64,000 bases of DNA from Clostridiaceae bacterium. Its GTDB lineage: Bacteria > Bacillota > Clostridia > Saccharofermentanales > DTU023. A model generated the notes under the pieces. It ran no database searches and was not told where the DNA came from. It saw only the letters and a program-made list of their open reading frames with translations. A program made the position numbers and the translations under genes. Positions 29,535 to 37,453 of the stretch are shown piece by piece (the stretch's first letter is position 1; each line of letters begins with the position of its first letter). The DNA is taken from the NCBI GenBank assembly GCA_012841145.1, contig DUVH01000024.1, forward strand, positions 4,140 to 68,139, given 5' to 3'.

Positions 29535-30293
29535 TTACTTATTGCGTTCTCTTCGCATGTGGAGTTTAATCGCTTCGACGGCGACACGAATGCCGCGCAT
29601 CGTATCGTGATCTTCCGTGTCGTCCATTCCCCTAGCACGACGTTCCTGATTCCAAATCGTATTCAAAATGCACGCTGCTTTCGCCCCGAGAAATTGGCAG
29701 ACGATGTAAAGCGCAGCGCTCTCCATCTCCGACGCAAGCGCTCCTCCCTTGATCCAAGCCTGCCATTTTTGCTCCAAGTCATAGCCGACGGGCATGCGTC
29801 CGGGCGAGTGTTGGCCGTAAAATGAATCCTTACACTGGACGACTCCGGCATGGTAGCGGTAACCGCCATCACGTGCTGCATCGACGAGACAGCCCGTCAA
29901 TTCAAAATCGGCGACGGCGGGAAACTCGATCGGCAGATATTCGCGCGTCGTCCCCTCCATCCTGATGGCGCCCGTCGCGATCACGAGATCGCCGCCCATC
30001 ACAGGAAGCGCCATGCCGCCGCACGTGCCCACGCGTATGAAATTCCTGACCCCGGTCATGAACAGTTCCTCTATGCCGATCGCGGTCGAAGGACCGCCCA
30101 TTCCCGTTGACATGACGAGGATCGGTTCGCCGAGAAGCGTTCCCAACCACGTCGTATACTCGCGATTCCGACCGATAAAATGCGGGTCGTCGAGCAGCAT
30201 GGCGATTTTTTCAACACGTCCGGGGTCTCCCGGCAGCAACACATATTTCGCACCGTGCGAATCATCGAGTTGAATGTGATAAAGCTTTTCCAT
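29535..30293 (-). CDS. udp: uridine phosphorylase (PNP/UDP family 1)
   Basis: ORF 29535..30365. Start at MEKLYHIQL after GAGGGAGG. Carries LLPGDPGRV, STGMGGPS, RVGTCGG and EMESAAL. Confidence 0.8.
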   Translation of the reverse strand: MEKLYHIQLDDSHGAKYVLLPGDPGRVEKIAMLLDDPHFIGRNREYTTWLGTLLGEPILVMSTGMGGPSTAIGIEELFMTGVRNFIRVGTCGGMALPVMGGDLVIATGAIRMEGTTREYLPIEFPAVADFELTGCLVDAARDGGYRYHAGVVQCKDSFYGQHSPGRMPVGYDLEQKWQAWIKGGALASEMESAALYIVCQFLGAKAACILNTIWNQERRARGMDDTEDHDTMRGIRVAVEAIKLHMRRERNK

Positions 30294-30477
30294 ATGATCC
30301 TCCCTCTTAAGCTGAAAGCTATAGACCCTTGCCTGTTGAGCGGCAAACAACAGACCCCTCTGCATATCGTTATTCTTAATAGCCTTTAAAGCGGCGTGGC
30401 TGTTTGACCATCTTTATAACTAAAGGAAATGCGTTTCGCACGCCGTTCTCCAGCAGTTATAATACGCGAGCCGTCAA

Positions 30478-31425
30478 CTAGGCAAGCGCGTCTCTGTCGA
30501 ATGTCTTGCCGCTGTACGCGACGGCGATCTGTGCGGCGACGTGTGCGTTGTTCAAAACGAGCGCAATATTCGCCTCAAGACTTTCGCCACCCGTTTCTGC
30601 GACAATGTTCTCGAGCAGGAAAGGCGAAACATCTTTGCCGGTAATCCCCTGCGCATCAGCCTTAGCGATAGCGTCAGCGATAGCGCGATCAATCTTCTCT
30701 TTGTCCATCGCATCTTTAGCGGGAATTGGGTTGGCGATAACCATACCGCTTTGGAACCCAAGCGACCGCGAGATACGAAAAATCCTCGCCACTTCTTCCG
30801 GCGTGTCAGCCCGCATTGGCAGCTTGTAGCCGCTCTCTCTTGTATAAAATGCCGGCATCTCATCTGTTCCGTATCCGATAACAGGAACGCCTCCCGTCTC
30901 GAGGTACTCGAGTGTCCGACCTATGTCGAGAATTGATTTTGCCCCAGCACAGATGACGGCAACGGGAGTGTTAGCGAGTTCTTCCAAATCGGCTGAAATA
31001 TCCATTGTATCCTCGCCATGTCGATGGACACCGCCGATCCCGCCTGTTGCAAAAAACGATATGCCGGCGAGCTGAGATGCGATCATTGTTCCCGAGACAG
31101 TAAGTGACCCCGTAAGTCCTTTCGCGAGCACGTAAGGAAAATCGCGTCGCGATGTTTTCGTGGCAGACAAACCCTCCGTGCCGAAACGCTCAATCTCGTC
31201 GTGCGACAATCCGACGCAAATTTTGCCGTCGAGTACACCGATCGTCGCCGGCAGGGCGCCTCCGCGGTAAACTTCCCGTTCAACAGCTAACGCCGTCTCC
31301 ACATTTTTCGGAAAGGGCATCCCGTGCGAAATAATCGTCGTCTCGAGCGAGACGATCGGCATACCAAGTCGAAGAGCCTCCGACACGTCTTTTGATAAGT
31401 GTATATACTGTTTCAATAACTCCAT
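30478..31425 (-). CDS. psuG: pseudouridine-5'-phosphate glycosidase
   Basis: Indigoidine synthase A-like family: LETTIISHGMPFP, FATGGIGGVHR, CAGAKSILD. Confidence 0.9.
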   Translation of the reverse strand: MELLKQYIHLSKDVSEALRLGMPIVSLETTIISHGMPFPKNVETALAVEREVYRGGALPATIGVLDGKICVGLSHDEIERFGTEGLSATKTSRRDFPYVLAKGLTGSLTVSGTMIASQLAGISFFATGGIGGVHRHGEDTMDISADLEELANTPVAVICAGAKSILDIGRTLEYLETGGVPVIGYGTDEMPAFYTRESGYKLPMRADTPEEVARIFRISRSLGFQSGMVIANPIPAKDAMDKEKIDRAIADAIAKADAQGITGKDVSPFLLENIVAETGGESLEANIALVLNNAHVAAQIAVAYSGKTFDRDALA

Positions 31426-31479
31426 CCCGTTTTCTCCATTACATCATCTCTTAAAATGATATGTTTTCATTGTTTATTC

Positions 31480-32562
31480 TCAGAGAACCTGAAGCGTCAG
31501 CCTCGCGCTGTCGGCGCGCCGTTCGAGCCTCTCTTTTGTCATCGCATCATTGACGGCACCAGTCGATTCAAGCGTAAGCGAAGCGGCAGCTTGTGCAAGA
31601 CGCGCCGCACCTTCAAGCTTGTAACCCGACATCATCGCCCACGCGAAAATGGCGGCCATCGCATCACCCGCTCCCGTCGTATTGACAATGCCGGTCGTCT
31701 CTTCCGTGCAGCCATCAAGCTGTCTCTCGACGGCAAAATCGTATCCACTCACAACAGTCTGTCGTCCATCGGCAAACAGGGCGCCTTCCGCGCCGAGTGA
31801 AAGACAAATACTGCCGATTCCTTCCGCAATAAGCCGATGCGCCGCTTTGACTGCATCTTCAAGGGTAGTAATCGAGAGATTCGTTAAATACCTAGCTTCC
31901 ATACGATTGAGTTTCAAACCGGCGAGTCGATGGAAAACCGGTTTGAGTCGATCAACTTTTGCAATCGAGACAGCGTCTGCAAAGATCGGCACATCCCATT
32001 CACTCGCCAAGTAAACAATGACTTGTTCCGGCAAGTTCGCATCGATCACCGCCGCACACGGCAACATTTCCGGACAATCAGGATCACGGAATGCCCGAGA
32101 GCCGGACGAGCGCCAACTAAATCGCTCATCGTCATCGACCACACTGCGTTGTTCACGGTGTGCCCGAGATCCGAGCGAGCGCCAACTCTTAATATCCTTC
32201 AACGTGAGCGACTCAATAGCCGTCATGTCGTTGATGGCGGCAACCATGTCACCTATTTCGTCGTTGATAGCAATATAACGTGAAGACGCAAGATCAGATC
32301 GCACAAGCACGTGATCGAGCACAAGATTCGAAGCACGGCAGACCTCGTCCAATAACCGACCAACCGAATCTTCCCCTCGCACGGATAAAAAATATACAGG
32401 GCGAGTGAGCATCGCAAGATTGCGAGCAATATTGAGCGCAACACCGCCCGCCCGTTCCACAACGACTCCGGGCGTGGAGTCGCTCAAATGAAAAGGCTTT
32501 CGAGCCGTCGCAATAAGGTCAAGATTTTGACCTCCCGCAACGATCCAAAACGTATCTGACAT
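31480..32562 (-). CDS. psuK: PfkB-family pseudouridine kinase carrying an Arg/Ser-rich insertion
   Basis: ORF 31480..32733. Start at MSDTFWIVAGG. Carries GGVALNIARNLA and NTTGAGDAM, and is adjacent to psuG. About 361 aa; the segment WRSLGSRAHREQRSVVDDDERFSWRSSGSRAFRD looks like an insertion. Confidence 0.75.
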   Translation of the reverse strand: MSDTFWIVAGGQNLDLIATARKPFHLSDSTPGVVVERAGGVALNIARNLAMLTRPVYFLSVRGEDSVGRLLDEVCRASNLVLDHVLVRSDLASSRYIAINDEIGDMVAAINDMTAIESLTLKDIKSWRSLGSRAHREQRSVVDDDERFSWRSSGSRAFRDPDCPEMLPCAAVIDANLPEQVIVYLASEWDVPIFADAVSIAKVDRLKPVFHRLAGLKLNRMEARYLTNLSITTLEDAVKAAHRLIAEGIGSICLSLGAEGALFADGRQTVVSGYDFAVERQLDGCTEETTGIVNTTGAGDAMAAIFAWAMMSGYKLEGAARLAQAAASLTLESTGAVNDAMTKERLERRADSARLTLQVL

Positions 32563-32573
32563 TGATTGCCGCC

Positions 32574-33020
32574 CTATTCCATCAGATAATCGAGATCTTC
32601 GGGTCCGAAAGAGTGCGGCAATAGCGCGTGGAGAGTCGTCTCGAAAAACGCTGTCGGAGATGTCGCGACCAATATGATCATCTCGCCTGACGTCGGCAAA
32701 AACTCGCGAAGGACTTGGCGGCAGATACCGCATGGATACGCCAAATCGAGCGCTTCCAGATTGGCATTCTCTTCGGCACCGACGACGGCAATCGCAACAA
32801 ACGCTTCCGCCCCCTCTGACACTGCCTTGACCGCCGCCGTTCGCTCCGCACAGATAGTCGCCCCATACGAAGCATTCTCGATGTTTGCGCCGCGGAATAT
32901 CCTGCCGTCAGTAGTCAGAATGGCCGCCCCGACTTTAAAACGTGAATAGGGGGCATAGCTGCTCTCTCTCGCCAGAAACGCCTCCTCGACCAGACGTAAT
33001 TTCATCTCTGTATTAATCAT
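32574..33020 (-). CDS. cdd: cytidine deaminase
   Basis: ORF 32574..33074. Start at MINTEMK. Zinc motifs CAERTA and PCGICRQV. Confidence 0.9.
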   Translation of the reverse strand: MINTEMKLRLVEEAFLARESSYAPYSRFKVGAAILTTDGRIFRGANIENASYGATICAERTAAVKAVSEGAEAFVAIAVVGAEENANLEALDLAYPCGICRQVLREFLPTSGEMIILVATSPTAFFETTLHALLPHSFGPEDLDYLME

Positions 33021-33194
33021 CGCAAAGTCAAACCTTTCGTGACAGAGCATGTAATCGAAAGGGCGGGAAAACAACTTCTTCGAAATGGCCCCGCACTTTC
33101 ATACTTTTCGTCTAATGAACGGACTTATTTTACCATACTCCATAGGTGAAACCGACAACATAGGCGCCGTTCAACTCCGGTATTGCATCTTAAT

Positions 33195-33220
33195 GTAGAG
33201 AACGATTGTAGAGAACGATT
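33195..33220. repeat. 13-nt direct repeat x2 upstream of cdd (possible operator)
   Basis: GTAGAGAACGATT GTAGAGAACGATT, about 175 nt upstream of the cdd start on the minus strand. Confidence 0.4.
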
Positions 33221-33318
33221 GCTCAACCGCCCTGTATTCCGACAAAATGTCTGCGATCGTACAGTAAAGACCAAAACTTTCTTTCCACATCTCCCTTGCC
33301 TTTCGTTAGACTTTCGGG

Positions 33319-33792
33319 CATGAGCCATTACTTTTGGAAACAAAAATGAGCATGAGCAAAAATGTTCGACATTTCATTGAACCACGAGCATGAGCGATTA
33401 CGTTCGATAATGCATTGAACCTCGAGGACAGACAATCGAATTGAATGATCATTGGATCACGAGCATGAGCGAACGCGTTTAGAAGAAATTTCGAGTATGA
33501 GCGATTGTTTTTGGGGAATTTTTCGATCATGAGCGATTATCTGTGGAGACAACATTGAGCATAACAATTGCATGAGGAAACATTTCAAGCATGAGCGACT
33601 ACATTAGAGGAATTTTTCGAGCATGAGCGACTACATTAGAGGAATTTTTCGAGTATGAGCGACTACATTAGAGGAATTTTTCGAGTATGAGCGACTACGT
33701 GTGGAGACAACATCAAGGATAACAATTGCGTGAGGAAACATTTCAAGCATGAGCGGTTACGAGTGGAGACAACTTCAAGCATGAACGATTAC
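33319..33792 (+). repeat. degenerate tandem array (~13 copies, 32-nt register with 62-nt variants) of the 5' end of the downstream gene
   Basis: The core CATGAGCGA(C/T)TAC recurs at about 33319, 33351, 33388, 33463, 33495, 33527, 33589, 33621, 33653, 33685, 33747 and 33779. Three perfect 32-nt units lie at 33591..33686. Confidence 0.9.
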
Positions 33793-34755
33793 GTTAAAAA
33801 ATACATCTGTGGGAAAGCGGCACTCGATTACTGGGGTGTTCCGGCCATCCGAGGGAAAATTGAACCGCCCGATATCATCTTCCCCGAAGAGTACGTCATC
33901 TTCACCGACAAGCCCCTCTACCGTCCCGATCGGGCCACCATCCACACCTGCAGTATCCCGGGCGCCGATCAGTACGTCGAAGGAAAAGCCTGCACCCTTC
34001 CGCTTGTATTTTTACAGGTCGCCCATGAATACACCATCCACGAATTAATCTTTCTTGGACTCCAATGTTGCTCCTACCGCGAAGGTGATCGCCCGCGATG
34101 TACCGTCGAAGAACTGCGCGCCTGCGCAGAGGAACTGAAAGGACATCGAGGCCGCAGAAAAGCCCTCCGCGCCATCCGCTATCTCGAGAACAATTCGCGT
34201 TCCCCCATGGAATCGATCCTCTACATGTTCCTTCGATTACCTAATGCTCTCGGAGGTTGCGGCTTTAACGAGATCGTTCTCAACGAAAGAATTGACTTGG
34301 AAGATGGCGGTAAAACTTACTTTGCCGACCTCTATGTCCCGTCCTGTAAGCTTGATATCGAGTATGACAGTGAAGAATTCCACAGCACCGCATCCGCGTT
34401 AGCAAGAGACCGGAAACGTGCCGCTCACCTAGAAGCGGAAGGCTATCGCGTCGTTTCGGTTGGCTACTCTCAGCTTACAGACCTTAAGGCCTTTAGAAAC
34501 CTAGCACGCCAACTCTCACGGCTCATAGGAAAGCGCATTTATATCCGTGCGAGAAAGTTTTTTGAGAACTTCGTGGCCTTACGCGACCTACTGCTCAGGA
34601 AAGGGAACAACATCCGCTCACGTTTCCGCAAAATCCACCGGAACGAGGTGCCTTGGCATTCCGGCGTCCACACCGCATACAAACTCTACCTCGCCGCATG
34701 GAACCGACTGATCCGGCACCCTAATCAACCTTTGGTCTTAACGCGAGCACCGTAG
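33781..34755 (+). CDS. DUF559 / Vsr-like endonuclease-domain protein
   Basis: ORF 33730..34755. Start at MNDYVKKY. The C-terminal part (SPMESILYMFL..., ADLYVPSCKLDIEYDSEEFH, DRKRAAHLEAEGYRVVSV) fits the restriction-endonuclease-like DUF559 pattern. Confidence 0.6.
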   Translation: MNDYVKKYICGKAALDYWGVPAIRGKIEPPDIIFPEEYVIFTDKPLYRPDRATIHTCSIPGADQYVEGKACTLPLVFLQVAHEYTIHELIFLGLQCCSYREGDRPRCTVEELRACAEELKGHRGRRKALRAIRYLENNSRSPMESILYMFLRLPNALGGCGFNEIVLNERIDLEDGGKTYFADLYVPSCKLDIEYDSEEFHSTASALARDRKRAAHLEAEGYRVVSVGYSQLTDLKAFRNLARQLSRLIGKRIYIRARKFFENFVALRDLLLRKGNNIRSRFRKIHRNEVPWHSGVHTAYKLYLAAWNRLIRHPNQPLVLTRAP

Positions 34756-34985
34756 CTGTCGGTTCATTTCCGATCACGATCCACGATTCAATACATTCTT
34801 CGTCGCCAACAAGTACAACCCTAAGCAGATAGCGTGCTCAGTACGCCACCCATTCTCATTTTTTGCAAAACGACCTCACCCTGACTAGCGAGCCGACCAC
34901 GGGCTGCCGCCTTAATCCGCCAATTTGTCACTTAAGCACACTTTTTCCAGTACACCGCCACCCCTACCTACCTCTTTCCACGCCT

Positions 34986-35211
34986 TCCCTGTACAGTTTT
35001 TCAGGTTACTTCGAAAAACTGCGACACGCGAGAAGAGAATAGTTCTCTAGGGAAGGTATAAGGAGTAGACCGGCAATACAGTGCGCCTCACCCTGTGCAA
35101 TTACTCAACTAATATCGAATAACTGTGGCACACGGTGAGAGATAGGCTCTATGGGGAGGGGATTAATGGATGGATTGGCATATAGGCTTGGCATCCCTGT
35201 ACAGTTTTTCA
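34986..35211. repeat. identical 18-nt direct repeats flanking ~190 nt of non-coding DNA
   Basis: TCCCTGTACAGTTTTTCA occurs at 34986..35003 and 35194..35211. The first copy overlaps a 9-bp hairpin CAGTTTTTC/GAAAAACTG. Confidence 0.8.
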
Positions 35212-35554
35212 ACTTAAACTAGAAATTTGCATCAAAGGCTGGGGCAAATGCATTTTTTTATTATACGGCGCATCGGCTGAGTAGCAATTACTCTATTCGT
35301 TGCTCTCGACTAAGATCGCCAACAACATTTTTCAGAAAAGATTGATAAATTGTACTCGTGGTGGCACGCATGCATCGTTCACTTGGAAAAATGTCGCTAC
35401 GCATTTGTTAGTTGTTTGCTATTTCCGTTAATCGTCGCGTCTCAACTTTTCCTGTCAACCAGTAATTGGCTCTGTGGGAAATGGATCATGGAAAGAATGG
35501 CACATGACAGATAATAAAGAATAAAGAAGACGACTCCGGAGTGGAACCATCCAC

Positions 35555-35592
35555 AAAAATGAAGGCGCCGCCCGACAGTTTGGACAGCGCCT
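35555..35592 (-). terminator. terminator of the tRNA-Asp/tRNA-Phe transcription unit
   Basis: Minus strand reads AGGCGC...GCGCCT (6-bp GC stem) followed by TCATTTTT. Confidence 0.55.
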
Positions 35593-35595
35593 GAT

Positions 35596-35671
<76 letters not shown>

Positions 35672-35706
35672 TTAAACAATCGCCGGCATAGAAACCGGCA
35701 ATTGTC

Positions 35707-35783
35707 TGGCGACGCAGAAGGGACTCGAACCCTCGACCTCCAGCTTGACAGGCTGGCATTCTAACCGTCTGAACTACTGCGCC
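35707..35783 (-). tRNA. tRNA-Asp (GTC)
   Basis: Minus strand is GGCGCAGTAGTTCAGACGGTTAGAATGCCAGCCTGTCAAGCTGGAGGTCGAGGGTTCGAGTCCCTTCTGCGTCGCCA. Anticodon loop CTGTCAA. Confidence 0.95.
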
Positions 35784-35892
35784 GTACAACTCTTTTTCGA
35801 GCGGCCATGCAAGGATAACAGATAATCGAAACGGTTGTCAACCGCTCGATCAACAAAGTAATCCGTACTCAATAGAAAAGAAAAATAGACAA

Positions 35893-36198
35893 CTACGGCT
35901 TCTTATCGGGAGTCTCATCCGCCACACGCGGCAGGTCGTAACCGAACAAGAAGTCCCTGTCCTCAAAGTAGCAAACGGCACGCCTTGAAGTACGACTAAA
36001 AAGCCAGTCGAGCGAGACTTGAAAATAACCCGCAATCTTCAGGAGCATAAAAAAATCAGGTTCACGCTCGTCGCGTTCATATTTTGAAATTGTCTGTCTG
36101 CTAACATTTAGGGCATCGGCAACATCATCTTGACGGAGTTTTCTTTCTTTCCGCAATTCTCTGAGACGATCCCCGAATGTTTTCTCATGCTCATCCAT
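35893..36198 (-). CDS. XRE-family helix-turn-helix transcriptional regulator
   Basis: ORF 35893..36237. Start at MDEHEK. FGDRLRELRKERKLRQDDVADALNVSRQTISKYERDEREP is a classic HTH_3 domain. Confidence 0.85.
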   Translation of the reverse strand: MDEHEKTFGDRLRELRKERKLRQDDVADALNVSRQTISKYERDEREPDFFMLLKIAGYFQVSLDWLFSRTSRRAVCYFEDRDFLFGYDLPRVADETPDKKP

Positions 36199-36428
36199 AC
36201 TTATGTGAAGTATGGATTGAGATGAAAATATGCTCAAGAAAAAACACCCGATATGCTACGAAGTGGCGCATTTAATCGTTCAAAAGGGAAACTTGTCAAA
36301 AATCACTACTTATGCAATGATTAAGCGTACGGGAACCGAACTCCAGATTTGATAAAATGTTTGACAGTTAGATGACATTAACGTGGATCATGCGCTCGTC
36401 GTTGCGAAACGTCAGTTCACCTGCATAC

Positions 36429-36504
36429 GGGAGCATAGCTCAGCAGGGAGAGCACTTGCCTTACAAGCAAGGGGTCATCGGTTCGAGCCCGGTTGCTCCC
36501 ACCA
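36429..36504 (+). tRNA. tRNA-Val (TAC)
   Basis: GGGAGCATAGCTCAGCAGGGAGAGCACTTGCCTTACAAGCAAGGGGTCATCGGTTCGAGCCCGGTTGCTCCCACCA. Acceptor GGGAGCA/TGCTCCC, anticodon loop CTTACAA. Confidence 0.95.
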
Positions 36505-36509
36505 AGCGC

Positions 36510-36543
36510 AAACCGCTGGGACATCGACGTTTCAGCGGTTTTT
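36510..36543 (+). terminator. terminator after tRNA-Val
   Basis: AAACCGCTG/CAGCGGTTT stem followed by a T-run. Confidence 0.75.
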
Positions 36544-36768
36544 GCTTTCAGAGAATCCATGCAACTCTAATTTCTTGTACCATTTTTTGTACCAAATAGA
36601 GACCAAACAAGTGCTATATATACCTATTTATATATAGTTTATGGACAAAAAGGCATAAAAAACAGCCGCCCTTTCGATCGGTCAGTTACCTCCTCCCCTC
36701 CGCCCCGGACTCTCCGTAAAGCCGAGACGGAGGGTATATGAAAAGGAGAAAAAATGAACCTTAATAGA

Positions 36769-36993
36769 CTATCCGTCTGTGTCTGTGTCATCGAGCTCCG
36801 GCAACCCACCAACATTCATCAACAGCGAGACAGTAGCTGATAGCGTTGCTGTTGACAGAACGATTGGCCAATTAACCTCGCCAAGCGTTCTTGCCGTTGC
36901 TCCAATGGTTGCCACGGCTGACTGAGCCCAGGTCTTTAAGGCTCGGATGCCGGCGGCTTTCCACCACTTCTTACTCGTGATATTGTGTTTCAT
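36769..36993 (-). CDS. putative phage holin
   Basis: ORF 36769..37029. Start at MKHNITS after AAGGAG. 74 aa with two TM segments (RALKTWAQSAVATIGA, IVLSTATLSATVSLLMNV) and an acidic tail. Last gene of the lysis cluster. Confidence 0.6.
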   Translation of the reverse strand: MKHNITSKKWWKAAGIRALKTWAQSAVATIGATARTLGEVNWPIVLSTATLSATVSLLMNVGGLPELDDTDTDG

Positions 36994-37453
36994 TTCTTGG
37001 ATGCTCCTTTCTTTTTGGTAGCGCTTCAATCAGGGGCAAGCAATCATGCAGGATTAGGTCATAATCCTCATCCCCTTCAGGGATGCAGTCCTTGTAACGC
37101 CTAATGCAGAGCATGTAATTCTCCCACTGCAGCTGAGTTATGTAGCCTTGTTCATCGTATTTCTCGGTGTGGTTAAAAATCTTGTCCCCAAGCGCTGATC
37201 GTCGGTATTCCTTAGACTCTCTTGTGTTTTCCTTGTAATCGTCACTAAGGGTGCATAAGTTGGTATTGATTGTGCTCACACTCTCCTCGACATTTTCCAG
37301 TCGTTTTTCGTGGTCAAGGAGGGTAGTTCTCCAACACGTTTTCTTTCCCCACCAATCCTTGATTTGTTGCCGGTACTTGATTAGCGAGGCAATGATCGTT
37401 AGCAAAGCGACAATACAGGCAAGTATCGTGCTGACAATTCCTAATGTGCTCAT
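36971..37453 (-). CDS. phage membrane-anchored protein in the lysis cassette (holin/lysis accessory candidate)
   Basis: ORF 36971..37471. Start at MSTLGIV, coupled to the endolysin stop by ATGA. N-terminal TM helix IVSTILACIVALLTIIASLI followed by a charged soluble domain. Confidence 0.6.
   Translation of the reverse strand: MSTLGIVSTILACIVALLTIIASLIKYRQQIKDWWGKKTCWRTTLLDHEKRLENVEESVSTINTNLCTLSDDYKENTRESKEYRRSALGDKIFNHTEKYDEQGYITQLQWENYMLCIRRYKDCIPEGDEDYDLILHDCLPLIEALPKRKEHPRNETQYHE

Noticed and set aside
33319-33792. The repeat array as a CRISPR locus.
   Set aside because: The conserved core is only ~14 nt and the spacers are ~18 nt long and themselves repeated. The copies are degenerate, there are no cas genes, and the unit is clearly a copy of the adjacent gene start.
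36372-36637. ORFs 36372..36599 and 36383..36637 on the plus strand.
   Set aside because: They read straight through tRNA-Val and its terminator, so they are not coding.
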